The position numbers and the translations under genes are program-made. DNA of 40,617 nt, from positions 1 to 40,617 of the forward strand of contig JANYDI010000148.1 in assembly GCA_025363695.1 (NCBI GenBank). Reading direction: 5' to 3'. The stretch comes from Opitutia bacterium (GTDB lineage: Bacteria > Verrucomicrobiota > Verrucomicrobiia > Opitutales > JANYDI01). The notes under the pieces are model-generated. The model had not been told where the DNA came from and did not search any database. It saw nothing but the letters and a program-made list of their open reading frames with translations. Below are positions 21,719 through 30,569 of this stretch, in pieces (within the stretch, counting starts at the first letter, position 1; every line of letters starts with the position of its first letter).

Positions 21719-22402
21719 TTAAACCTTAGAATACTCGATATTACTCAGTTCGACACCAGGGCTCATAGAAAGGCTCACCGTTAAACTACCGATATAAACG
21801 CCCTTATGCGATGCCGGCCTGGCTGAAATAAGCACCTGCATCCCTTCTTTGATATTTTCTTTAATCGCTGATTCTGAAAAAGAACGCTTTCCCATGATGA
21901 TGCCGACGTTAGCCGTCTTATCCATCTTGAACTCAACCCGACCCGCCTTAAGTTTGGCAATCGCCTCGGCAACATCGTCCGTAACGGTACCCGATTTTGG
22001 CGTAGGCATCAGACCACGAGGGCCTAAAACACGAGCAATCTTGCGTACTTCCTTCATCGCATCCGGCGTCGCCACCGCAACATCAAAGCCTAACCAACCT
22101 TCTTGAATCTTGGCCATGAGGTCCTCAAGGCCTGCAAAATCGGCACCTGCCTTCAACGCCGCCTGCGGATCACTGGTGAAAACCAAGACAGATACCTTGC
22201 GGCCACTTCCGTTAGGAAGGTCCAAAACCCCACGAACCATGTGTTCATTGTTCTTGGGATCCACCTTCAGCCGAGCTGAAAGCTCAACGGTTTCGTCAAA
22301 CTTGGCCCTGGGCATCTTATACAAAAGTGCCACAGCTTCATCCAAGGAATAACTTTTCGTTAAGTCCCCTACTTTTTGAGCCTCTTTATAGCGCTTACTC
22401 AT
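21719..22402 (-). CDS. rplA: 50S ribosomal protein L1
   Basis: 227 aa; ...FDETVELSARLKVDPK... and ...VLGPRGLMPTPKSGTVT... Confidence 0.96.
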   Translation of the reverse strand: MSKRYKEAQKVGDLTKSYSLDEAVALLYKMPRAKFDETVELSARLKVDPKNNEHMVRGVLDLPNGSGRKVSVLVFTSDPQAALKAGADFAGLEDLMAKIQEGWLGFDVAVATPDAMKEVRKIARVLGPRGLMPTPKSGTVTDDVAEAIAKLKAGRVEFKMDKTANVGIIMGKRSFSESAIKENIKEGMQVLISARPASHKGVYIGSLTVSLSMSPGVELSNIEYSKV

Positions 22403-22410
22403 ACAAAAAC

Positions 22411-22851
22411 TTAATCCTTAACCTCGATTCCCATGTTTCTAGCCGTTCCAGCAATCATGCGAACGGCTGCCTCGTCGTTCGAAGTATTGAGGTCCTTCTT
22501 CTTTATCTGTACGATTTCCAGAAGCTGAGCACGCGTAACCGTCCCTACCTTTTGACGATTGGGGACAGGAGACCCCTTCAAGATGCCCAACATCTTTTTC
22601 AAGAGCGCAGCAACTGGGGAAGACTTTAGAATAAACGAATACGTGCGATCTTGATAGATAGTGATCACAGCAGGCACAACAAGTCCTGCCTGATCCTTCG
22701 TACGCTCATTAAATTCCTTACAGAAAGCGGCAATGTTGATCCCGTGCGGACCCAGTGCAGGCCCAACCGGAGGAGCAGGATTCGCTGCTCCGGCAGGCAA
22801 TTGCAACTTAACCCTTGCCTTTTCTTTTTTCTTTTTTACTGCTGTACTCAT
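22411..22851 (-). CDS. rplK: 50S ribosomal protein L11
   Basis: ...[31 protein letters not shown]... Confidence 0.96.
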   Translation of the reverse strand: MSTAVKKKKEKARVKLQLPAGAANPAPPVGPALGPHGINIAAFCKEFNERTKDQAGLVVPAVITIYQDRTYSFILKSSPVAALLKKMLGILKGSPVPNRQKVGTVTRAQLLEIVQIKKKDLNTSNDEAAVRMIAGTARNMGIEVKD

Positions 22852-22882
22852 ATCTAGAACGTTTTAATTAAAATAAAAAATA

Positions 22883-23458
22883 TTAATCCACTCGCTGAAC
22901 TTGCCAATATTCAAGCTCAACCGGTGTACTGCGCCCAAAAATAGAAACGGAAACCTTCAGACGCCCGCGTTCTGGATCTATCGCATTCACTTGGCCTGTC
23001 AACTCAACAAAAGGACCGTCATTAATCTTCACAACCTCCCCAAGCCCAAAGGAAACCTTCAAAACTTCCTTATCTTCGGAATCAACAACCTGCTTCTTAA
23101 TTCTATCGATTTCAAAAGCTTTCAAGGGCGTCGGTTTATTGCCTCCAATAAACCCAATAACACCCTGAGTTTCCCATATAACAAACTGCCAAGGAGCCTG
23201 AAGCAACTCACCCTCCGCATCGAAAAGATGCATCAGAATGAAAACATAGCCAGGATAGACCTTGCGCACGCGTTGCAATTTCTTGCCATGCTTGACCTCA
23301 ACCACATTTTCAGTAGGCACGAGTACCTCCAAAACATAATCCTTGAGATCTCCCAACGCAACAAACTTGTCCAAGTACGACTTGACCTTCAGCTCCTGAT
23401 TTGGGAGCGTATGTAAAGTGTACCACTTGGCTTCACCAACTGCGACGGGATATGACAT
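22883..23458 (-). CDS. nusG: Transcription termination/antitermination factor NusG
   Basis: 191 aa; KWYTLHT NGN start; C-terminal KOW (GEVVKINDGPFVELTGQV); synteny with secE and rplK. Confidence 0.93.
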   Translation of the reverse strand: MSYPVAVGEAKWYTLHTLPNQELKVKSYLDKFVALGDLKDYVLEVLVPTENVVEVKHGKKLQRVRKVYPGYVFILMHLFDAEGELLQAPWQFVIWETQGVIGFIGGNKPTPLKAFEIDRIKKQVVDSEDKEVLKVSFGLGEVVKINDGPFVELTGQVNAIDPERGRLKVSVSIFGRSTPVELEYWQVQRVD

Positions 23459-23466
23459 AAAAAAAC

Positions 23467-23673
23467 TTAGGATTTAACCCAGTCCGTAAAAAAGGAAATA
23501 AGGTTGTACAAGGAAAAATCAAATAAAGCAACAAAAAAACCTAAGACAGAAACAGAAAAAAGCACCACAAGCGTAGACTGCCAAAGTTCTTGGAAGTTAG
23601 GCCAGGAAGCTTTTTTGAGCTCTGTTACGGTTTCACCAAGGAAAACGCGTGTCTTTTGAAAAGGATTAAACAT
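23467..23673 (-). CDS. secE: Preprotein translocase subunit SecE
   Basis: 68 aa, a single C-terminal TM segment, located between tRNA-Trp and nusG. Confidence 0.85.
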   Translation of the reverse strand: MFNPFQKTRVFLGETVTELKKASWPNFQELWQSTLVVLFSVSVLGFFVALFDFSLYNLISFFTDWVKS

Positions 23674-23684
23674 ACATTTTAAAC

Positions 23685-23761
23685 TGGCGGGAGCAGAGGG
23701 ACTCGAACCCCCAGCCTACGGTTTTGGAGACCGTTGCTCTACCAAATTGAGCTATACTCCC
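23685..23761 (-). tRNA. trnW: tRNA-Trp (anticodon CCA), 3' CCA encoded
   Basis: Minus-strand read GGGAGTATAGCTCAATTTGGTAGAGCAACGGTCTCCAAAACCGTAGGCTGGGGGTTCGAGTCCCTCTGCTCCCGCCA. Folded by hand into a cloverleaf with anticodon loop CT-CCA-AA and T-loop TTCGAGT. Confidence 0.93.
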
Positions 23762-23833
23762 AAAATGGAGTATTTTTCCAAGAGCATTCGGATGCACGCA
23801 TCTTCCGTACATCCGCCCCATAATAACACCTAT

Positions 23834-25024
23834 TTATTTTATGATTTCAACAATACGACCAGCCCCGATGGTTTTTCCGCCTTCACGGATAGCAAAACGC
23901 TGCCCTTTTTCCATGGCAATCTTTTTTTCCATCTTAAGCTCGATCTGAATATTGTCTCCAGGCATCACCATTTCCTTACCCTCAGGAAGGAAGCATTCGC
24001 CGGTCACGTCAGCGGTACCATAATAAAACTGAGGACGATACCCGTTAAAGAAAGGCGTATGACGTCCACCTTCTTCTCTGCTCAAAACATAAATCTCAGC
24101 CTTAGCTTGGTCGTGAGGCGTAATACTGCCCGGAGCGGCCAAAACTTGCCCGCGTTCAATTTCTTCCTTAGCAACCCCACGCAAGAGCAAGCCTACGTTG
24201 TCGCCAGCAACCCCTTCATCGAGGATTTTACGGAACATTTCAACGCCTGTGCAGATAGCCTTACGTGTCGCACGGAACCCAACAAGCTCGACTTCTTCGC
24301 CCACTTTGACCTTACCGCGTTCAATACGACCCGTGGCCACAGTTCCGCGACCCGTAATCGTAAACACGTCTTCAACAGACATCAGGAAAGGCTTGTCGAT
24401 TTCACGTTGAGGCAAAGGAATTTCCTTGTCCAGTGCATCCATCAACTGATTAACAGAATTGACACCCATTTCTGAGCCTTCCATAGCACCCTGAGAGGAG
24501 CCGCGCACCACAACGGTCTTTTCGCCGTCATAACCATACTTAGTCAGTAGGTCGCGCACTTCCATTTCGACAAGCTCCAAAAGGTCAGGGTCGTCGATCA
24601 AATCGATTTTATTAATAAAAACAACAATTTTTGGCACCCCTACTTGATAGGCCAAAAGAATGTGCTCGCGCGTCTGAGGCATCGCACCGTCAGCGGCACT
24701 GACAACAAGAATCGCACCGTCCATCTGAGCGGCGCCCGTAATCATGTTTTTAACAAAGTCAGCGTGCCCAGGACAGTCCACGTGAGCATAGTGACGCGAA
24801 GCCGTTTCGTACTCTACGTGCGAAACCGCGATGGTCACCGTCTTATTGGCGTCACGCACCGTACCACCCTTGGTGATTTCAGCATAACTCTTCAACTCAG
24901 CCAGTCCTTTACCCGACTGAACCTTAAGAATTGCTGTCGTAAGCGTAGACTTCCCGTGGTCAACGTGACCAATTGTGCCCACATTAACGTGAGGTTTTGT
25001 TCTTTCGAATTTATCTTTTGCCAT
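23834..25024 (-). CDS. tuf: Elongation factor Tu
   Basis: [29 protein letters not shown]..., [12 protein letters not shown] motifs; 396 aa. Confidence 0.98.
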   Translation of the reverse strand: MAKDKFERTKPHVNVGTIGHVDHGKSTLTTAILKVQSGKGLAELKSYAEITKGGTVRDANKTVTIAVSHVEYETASRHYAHVDCPGHADFVKNMITGAAQMDGAILVVSAADGAMPQTREHILLAYQVGVPKIVVFINKIDLIDDPDLLELVEMEVRDLLTKYGYDGEKTVVVRGSSQGAMEGSEMGVNSVNQLMDALDKEIPLPQREIDKPFLMSVEDVFTITGRGTVATGRIERGKVKVGEEVELVGFRATRKAICTGVEMFRKILDEGVAGDNVGLLLRGVAKEEIERGQVLAAPGSITPHDQAKAEIYVLSREEGGRHTPFFNGYRPQFYYGTADVTGECFLPEGKEMVMPGDNIQIELKMEKKIAMEKGQRFAIREGGKTIGAGRIVEIIK

Positions 25025-25064
25025 AGCGATTCAGATTTAATGGTTGTTGTTGGTTAAAAAAGAC

Positions 25065-25140
25065 TGGAGCCCACGAGCGGATTCGAACCGCCGACCTCGT
25101 CCTTACCAAGGACGTGCTCTGCCAACTGAGCTACATGGGC
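25065..25140 (-). tRNA. trnT: tRNA-Thr (anticodon GGT), 3' CCA encoded
   Basis: Minus-strand read GCCCATGTAGCTCAGTTGGCAGAGCACGTCCTTGGTAAGGACGAGGTCGGCGGTTCGAATCCGCTCGTGGGCTCCA. Cloverleaf folded by hand; classic tRNA-Thr-tuf arrangement. Confidence 0.93.
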
Positions 25141-25387
25141 CTTTCACTCTATTAGAAAGACGCTTCGTTAGGTAAGACAGAAACACTCAAGAGTTCAAGC
25201 GAGCCGCAAGCCTTAAAAGAAGCAAAAACCCTGCTTCCCCTAGAGAGGTGGACAAGATTGAGATGCACGAGGATGCTTAAAGATTTTTTTAAGGTCAAGC
25301 TTTTATTTTAATAAAGTTAAAAAATACGCAAAAACCCTCCTTCAACGACCAGCCTCCACAGGTCTTCAAAAGAAAATACGCAGCTTT

Positions 25388-25423
25388 CCCCTCCCCCATT
25401 CCCCAAAGCCCTTTCGCCCCCCC
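25388..25423 (-). other. G-quadruplex / i-motif-capable tract
   Basis: The plus strand has C-runs of 4, 5, 4, 3 and 7 nt (25388-91, 25393-97, 25401-04, 25409-11, 25417-23). The minus strand therefore reads G7-N5-G3-N4-G4-N3-G5-N1-G4. Confidence 0.5.
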
Positions 25424-25580
25424 GAACCTTTTGAGGTTTTATTAGGTGCCCATTGTTTCGAAAATAAAGACTATTGTCAATACCTAAATCAAAAAAAATT
25501 TAGCAAAAACTGAAATTTGCCTTCAAATCTTTGTTGACACAAAACCCCAAAACCCCCATCTTAAGGTTTTATACTCAGTT

Positions 25581-26706
25581 ATGCTCAGTTTTGAACTACG
25601 AAAAGATTTTAACACGCTGCTGGAACGCACGGACCACCTGTGGGGGTTCCTTTAAGGTCCCTCAAAAAGAGGCGTCCATAGCCCAAATAGAAGCCGAAAT
25701 GGCCCTGTCTTCTTTTTGGGAAAACAAGGAAGTCGCGCGCCTAAAAAGCGCCCAGCTCAGCCAGCTCAAGCGCGAGCATGGGCAGATTACCGATTTTAAG
25801 CGTCAAGTAGAGGATTTTGCTGTCCTTTGGGAGCTGGCCAATGACGAAGCCTCCCTCGACAGCGCAACGCTTTTGGAAGTCGAAAAAACGCTCAAAACCC
25901 TCCTGCAGCGCCTGGCCAGCCTTGAAGTTTTGGCCTTTCTGAGCGGCCCGCAGGACTCCCATAACGCCATTCTCTCTATTCATGCGGGCGCCGGAGGCAC
26001 GGAATCCTGCGATTGGGCTCAAATGCTGCTGCGCATGTACACCCGCTGGGCTGAACGCGAGGGCTATACTGTCGAAGTCCAAGACCTACAAGCGGGCGAA
26101 GAAGCCGGCATCCAAACGGCCTGCTTGCGCATCATCGGTCCCCACGCCTACGGCCATGCCAAGGCCGAACGGGGCGTCCATCGCCTCGTGCGTATCAGCC
26201 CCTTTGACTCCAATAGCCGCAGGCATACGTCCTTTTGCGCCGTCGACGTCATTGCCGAAGTCGAAGACGATGCCCCCATAGAAATTCTCGATAAAGATTT
26301 AAGGATAGATACCTACCGAGCCGGCGGCGCAGGCGGCCAGCACGTCAATAAAACCGACTCAGCCGTGCGCATCACCCACCTCCCTACCAACATCGTAGTG
26401 GCCTGTCAAAATGAGCGCTCCCAGCACAAAAACAAGGCCGCAGCCATGAAGGTCCTCAAATCTAAGCTGTATGAGAAAGTCATGGACGAAAAACGCTCTC
26501 AAATGGAACAATTCTATAGCGAAAAAGGCGAAATCGGCTGGGGCTATCAGATCCGCAGCTACGTCTTCCAACCCTATCAAATGGTCAAGGACCTTCGCAC
26601 CGGCACCGAAAGCTCCAACCTCCAAACCATCATGGATGGCGACATTAACCCCTTCATCCACAGCTGGTTGCGTAACGGTTGTCCAAGAAAGCGCTTAGAA
26701 AGTTAA
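25581..26706 (+). CDS. prfB: Peptide chain release factor 2, expressed by programmed +1 frameshift (25581-25652 joined to 25654-26706)
   Basis: Frame 0 reads MLSFELRKDFNTLLERTDHLWGFL then TAA at 25653-25655. Skipping T25653 continues as KVPQKEASIAQIEAEM... into the long ORF, which has SPF (VRISPFD) and GGQ (AGGAGGQHVNKT). The track's N-terminal extension from 25531 is not believed. Confidence 0.93.
25641..25656 (+). promoter_or_regulatory. RF2 autoregulatory +1 frameshift site
   Basis: TGGGGG-TTC-CTT-TAA-G: an SD-like GGGGG lies 3 nt before the slippery CTT, followed by an in-frame stop. This is the same architecture as E. coli AGGGGG-UAU-CUU-UGA-C, but with UAA as the stop. Confidence 0.85.
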
Positions 26707-26710
26707 GGCC

Positions 26711-27036
26711 AAGGGGCGCTTGCGCCCCTTGGATCCCCTACCGATAGGCGATTTTTAAAAATGCGATGCATTTTATAAAAATCGCCTATCGGGAAGGGTG
26801 ATACAAGGCCTCTCCAGATCCCTTCGGGATCGAATCTAAGTAATTTAACTATTCATTGAAACCGCAAAATGAGAGCCCTACAGGGGCGATTCATTAAATA
26901 AAAAGCGTTCGATCGCAAAGCGATCAGGATGGGCCTTAGTATATGCTTCCCGATGGGCAATTTTCCTAAAATGCGCTTGCGCATTTTAGAAAATTGCCCA
27001 TCGGAAAGGGGATCCTAAGGGGAGCAAGCTCCCCTT
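26711..27036. repeat. Composite palindromic intergenic element E1 (A-B-C / centre / C'-B'-A')
   Basis: A 26711-26730 AAGGGGCGC-TT-GCGCCCCTT, then GGATCCCC. B 26741-26792 CCGATAGGCGATTTTT..AAAATGC-GAT-GCATTTT..AAAAATCGCCTATCGG. C 26817-26831 GATCCCTTCGGGATC. C' 26911-26925 GATCGCAAAGCGATC. B' 26950-27004. A' 27017-27036 AAGGGGAGC-AA-GCTCCCCTT. Lies between convergent prfB and the TPR gene. Confidence 0.9.
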
Positions 27037-27040
27037 AGCC

Positions 27041-27385
27041 CTAACTCATCAGCGATTGAAATTCGGGGGTCCCGTGGAGCGGTTTAAGGTCTGAGTCCTT
27101 GCGCATCCACTGAAAATCGGAATAGCCCAAAGACACAGCCAGAGTCAGAGCGCCCAGAGCCCCTTTTTTATCACCGGACAAAGAAAGGCTGCAAGCGAGG
27201 TTATAAAAAGCGGTAGGACACTTGGGTTTAAGGGTGACCAAATGACGGTCCAGCGCAAGGCCTTCTGCTATGCGGCCTGCTTGAGTATAGCGCTGGGCCA
27301 GGGCTTCCAGGGCCTCGATGTAGTCGGGATACCGACGCACAATGCCCTCTAGGAGCCCAATTTCAAAACTGTACTGCGCAGCCAT
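27041..27385 (-). CDS. Small TPR-repeat protein (114 aa), function unknown
   Basis: Helical repeat pattern typical of TPR (...YIEALEALAQRYTQAGRIAEGLALDRHLVTLKPKCPTAFYNLACSLSLSGDKKGAL...). No closer assignment is possible by eye. Confidence 0.7.
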   Translation of the reverse strand: MAAQYSFEIGLLEGIVRRYPDYIEALEALAQRYTQAGRIAEGLALDRHLVTLKPKCPTAFYNLACSLSLSGDKKGALGALTLAVSLGYSDFQWMRKDSDLKPLHGTPEFQSLMS

Positions 27386-27452
27386 GGTGACGATTTTTTC
27401 ACTTTTTCCTTGGTAACGGGGTCTATATTCACTTAATCTATGGACGCTTATT

Positions 27453-29660
27453 TTGTCAATGCCATTAAATTACCATGCAGAAATACTTACGTTATCCGGG
27501 CCCGATAAGGCGCTGCACTACAGCATTCCCGAAAAGCTCCTAGTAAAAAAAGGGTCTCTGGTTTGGGTGCCCTTGCAAGGACGCAAGACGCTGGGCCTCG
27601 TGCTGGCCTGCAAAACAGAAGGCCTGCCCTATGCGCTTAAGCCGATTTTGGCCCTCGTTTATGAAGCTCCCGTTCTGACCGAAGACCTCATTGAGCTGCT
27701 GCTGTGGATGCGTAGTTATTATGCCGTTACGGCTGAGGGCCTGCTGCAAACCTTTTTGCCCGCGGTTGTGCGCAAAGGCTTTGCGATGCAAACCGAAACC
27801 ACTTTTGCTTTATTGGCCAGCCCTGCAGACTTTGAGGGCTTTGAACGCCGGGCCCCCAAGCAGGTAGCTTTATGCCGTTTATTACAGGAAAAAGGTCCTT
27901 TGGGCCAAAAAATACTTATTAACAAAAATGGTATTTCCCTTGAATCCCTCCGAGGCGCTGCTCAAAAGGGCTGGATAAGCTCTGAAAAAAACCGCCTCGA
28001 ACGCCGTTTGCAACCTGCTAGCCTCGAAGCCCCTGCGGCGCCTTGCACGCTCAACGACGAACAAGCTCAGGCGCTCGCGTTGATAGAAAGCCACTTAGGT
28101 CATTTTAAACCCATTTTACTCGACGGCATCACGGGCTCAGGCAAGACGGAAGTGTATCTAAGGGCGATGGCTCTTGTCCTGAAACAAGGAGGACAGGTGC
28201 TGTACTTAGTCCCCGAGCTTTCCCTAACGCCCCAAATTTATGGCCGCTTGCATAACCGTTTTGCAGACGCTGCCTTAGCGCTCTGGCATCACCAACTCTC
28301 GGACGGCGAACGCCTCGACACCCATCAGGCGATTGCCCGAGGCGCCGTCAACATCGTGCTGGGCGCCCGCTCGGCCGTGTTTGTTCCTTTGCCCAAACTA
28401 CAGCTGATCATTGTAGACGAAGAGCACGAGCCCAGCTACAAACAGGAGGACAACCCGCGCTACCACGGCCGAGATGTTGCCATATATCGGTCAAAATGCC
28501 TGAACATTCCCTGTATTTTGGGCTCTGCTACGCCTAGCACGGAATCCTTTTTAAATGCTCAGCAAGGCCGTTACGCCCACGCCATTCTTTCCAAGCGCGC
28601 CAAGGCCGAGAGCCTCCCCAAGCTCCACATGGTCGATATGCGCCTAGAAATGAGCAAAACCGGCCTGCCCAGCGGCCCCCTTTCGCGCCTATTGCTCGAT
28701 AAACTCCAAGAACGCCTCGACAGCGGCCAACAAAGCCTACTGTTTATCAACCGTCGCGGTTACAGCCGCAGCTGCCTATGCCCCGCTTGTGGATTTAAGG
28801 CGCTATGTCCCGCTTGTTCCTTAGCGCTGACCTATCATCGCCATGACGAACGCTTGCGTTGCCATTTATGCCAGTACGCGATCGCTGCTTTTCAACGCTG
28901 CCCACAATGCCAATCCCCCAAAATCGCCTGGAAAGGCCTAGGCACCCAGCGCCTCGAAGCCATCCTGCAACGTTGCTTCCCCAAGGCCCGCGTGGTTCGC
29001 GTTGATGCCGATACCATGCAGGGAAAGGAGAGTATCGTTAAATGCCTATCAGCCCTAGCCCAAGGCCACATCGACATCCTGGTAGGCACGCAAATCCTGG
29101 CCAAAGGGCTGGACTTCCCCAAAGTGACGCTCGTGGGGCTCATCGATGCTGATATGGCCTTCAACATGCCGGACTTCCGAGCCCAAGAGCGCGGGTTCCA
29201 GCTCCTCATGCAGGTTTCCGGCCGTTCGGGTCGTGGAGACACCCCGGGTGAAGTTGTCATCCAGAGCTTCGACCCTCAAAACGCTCTCTTTACCTGGGCC
29301 AAGCAAGGCGACACCCACGGCTTCCTACACGCTGAACTCGCCCAACGCAAGGAATTGGGCTACCCACCCTATCGCCGGCTCATCCGGCACCTCTTTTTGG
29401 GCCCCGATCTAGAAGCCCTCATCACCTGGACGCAAACCTGGGCTAGCCTCCTCAAAAAGCATCCGCTGCCTGCCTGTGAAATCCTCGGGCCCGCTCCAGC
29501 AGCGCTCGAAAAATGCAAACACCTCTATCGGTACCACTTCTGGTACTTCACCCCAAGCATCTCCGCCCTCCTGCCCGCACTCCTAGCCCTACGCAGTCAG
29601 CACCCAAGCCCCAAGACCATCGAAGACCGCCTGGATGTGGACCCCGTGCAGGTAATGTAA
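27453..29660 (+). CDS. priA: Primosomal protein N' (PriA helicase)
   Basis: Walker A GITGSGKTEVY; DEEH box IIVDEEHEPSYKQ; Cys-rich zinc region CPACGFKALCPACSLALTYH..LRCHLCQY...CPQCQS. Start is TTG 27453 or ATG 27459. Confidence 0.93.
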   Translation: MSMPLNYHAEILTLSGPDKALHYSIPEKLLVKKGSLVWVPLQGRKTLGLVLACKTEGLPYALKPILALVYEAPVLTEDLIELLLWMRSYYAVTAEGLLQTFLPAVVRKGFAMQTETTFALLASPADFEGFERRAPKQVALCRLLQEKGPLGQKILINKNGISLESLRGAAQKGWISSEKNRLERRLQPASLEAPAAPCTLNDEQAQALALIESHLGHFKPILLDGITGSGKTEVYLRAMALVLKQGGQVLYLVPELSLTPQIYGRLHNRFADAALALWHHQLSDGERLDTHQAIARGAVNIVLGARSAVFVPLPKLQLIIVDEEHEPSYKQEDNPRYHGRDVAIYRSKCLNIPCILGSATPSTESFLNAQQGRYAHAILSKRAKAESLPKLHMVDMRLEMSKTGLPSGPLSRLLLDKLQERLDSGQQSLLFINRRGYSRSCLCPACGFKALCPACSLALTYHRHDERLRCHLCQYAIAAFQRCPQCQSPKIAWKGLGTQRLEAILQRCFPKARVVRVDADTMQGKESIVKCLSALAQGHIDILVGTQILAKGLDFPKVTLVGLIDADMAFNMPDFRAQERGFQLLMQVSGRSGRGDTPGEVVIQSFDPQNALFTWAKQGDTHGFLHAELAQRKELGYPPYRRLIRHLFLGPDLEALITWTQTWASLLKKHPLPACEILGPAPAALEKCKHLYRYHFWYFTPSISALLPALLALRSQHPSPKTIEDRLDVDPVQVM

Positions 29661-29664
29661 GACT

Positions 29665-30168
29665 AAGGGGCGCTTGCGCCCCTTAGGATCCCCTACAGGT
29701 AGCGATTTTATAAAATGCGATGCATTTTAATAAAATCGCTACCTGGAAGGGCATACTAAGGCCTCCCAGATCCCTTCGGGATCGAAAATACTATTAACAA
29801 CAGTCCACACTTAAGGAGGCCTGAAAGACCGGCAGATGATAGCCCAGGGCGTAAGCCCTGGGTTTACGGCAAGAAATAAATTGGAGCCCTGTAAGGGCGG
29901 CACTCAGAACGTGAATGGGAGTGTCGCCCCTGTAGGGCTCAAAAATTTTTCTACCATGACCCAGGGCTCACGCCCTGGGCTATCATCTGCCGGCCCTTCA
30001 GGCCTCCTTAAGTGTGGTTTAATGAATGACTCATATGCTTATACTCGATCGCTTCGCGATCTGTGGGGCTCCTTGTATAGCCTATCCCGATAGCGATTTT
30101 CCTAAAATGCGCTAGCATTTTAGAAAATCGCTATCGGACAGGGGATCCAAGGGGCGCGAGCGCCCCTT
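29665..30168. repeat. Composite palindromic element E2 carrying a nested inner palindrome
   Basis: A 29665-29684; B 29696-29745; C 29769-29783; inner inverted-repeat unit 29805-30017; C' 30047-30061; B' 30087-30137; A' 30149-30168 (AAGGGGCGCG-A-GCGCCCCTT). Lies between convergent priA and rpmA. Confidence 0.9.
29805..30017. repeat. Inner palindromic unit nested in the centre of E2
   Basis: Arms CCACACTTAAGGAGGCCTGAAAGACCGGCAGATGATAG (29805-) and CTATCATCTGCCGGCCCTTCAGGCCTCCTTAAGTGTGG (-30017). Sub-hairpins CCCAGGGC-GTAA-GCCCTGGG (29843-29862) and CCCAGGGC-TCAC-GCCCTGGG (29960-29979). Central hairpin 29884-29905 / 29919-29940. Confidence 0.85.
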
Positions 30169-30223
30169 GGCCCTTTCCCTTCCATGACGCCGTCCCAACC
30201 CCGAACGCCACCCTAAACCACCC

Positions 30224-30472
30224 CTAAACTACTACCGTGACCATGCGCCTGCCCCTTCTGACTCCAAACGCCACCACGCCGTCCTCCAGCGCAAAAAGCG
30301 TGTGGTCGCGGCCTATCCCAACGTTGGTGCTGGGATGAAAACGCGTACCGCGCTGGCGTACAATGATGTTGCCGGCACGCACCACTTGCCCGCCAAATTT
30401 CTTAACACCCAAATACTTTGGGTTACTGTCCCGACCATTGCGGGAGGTTCCTTGTCCTTTTTTAGTTGCCAT
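30224..30472 (-). CDS. rpmA: 50S ribosomal protein L27
   Basis: [56 protein letters not shown]. Confidence 0.96.
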   Translation of the reverse strand: MATKKGQGTSRNGRDSNPKYLGVKKFGGQVVRAGNIIVRQRGTRFHPSTNVGIGRDHTLFALEDGVVAFGVRRGRRMVTVVV

Positions 30473-30569
30473 GATAGGTAATAAATAAAATAAATGCTCT
30501 ACTCCAGACTTTTTTTCTCAAACTGTAGATTTTTGGAGCCCGTATTGCTGGAGATACCAAACGCGGCCG

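Noticed and set aside
600-25024. Many 60-250-aa ORFs antisense to or overlapping r-protein genes, fusA, rpoB, rpoC and tuf (for example 15950..16693, 9564..10061, 23747..24475, 22901..23416)
   Set aside because: These are shadow ORFs inside strongly supported conserved genes. Their sequences are low-complexity or biased and none has an independent signal.
25531-25653. The track's N-terminal extension of the prfB ORF (MLTQNPKTPILRFYTQLCSV...)
   Set aside because: It starts at a TTG inside promoter-like sequence and looks nothing like RF2. The canonical short frame-0 leader with a +1 frameshift explains the region better.
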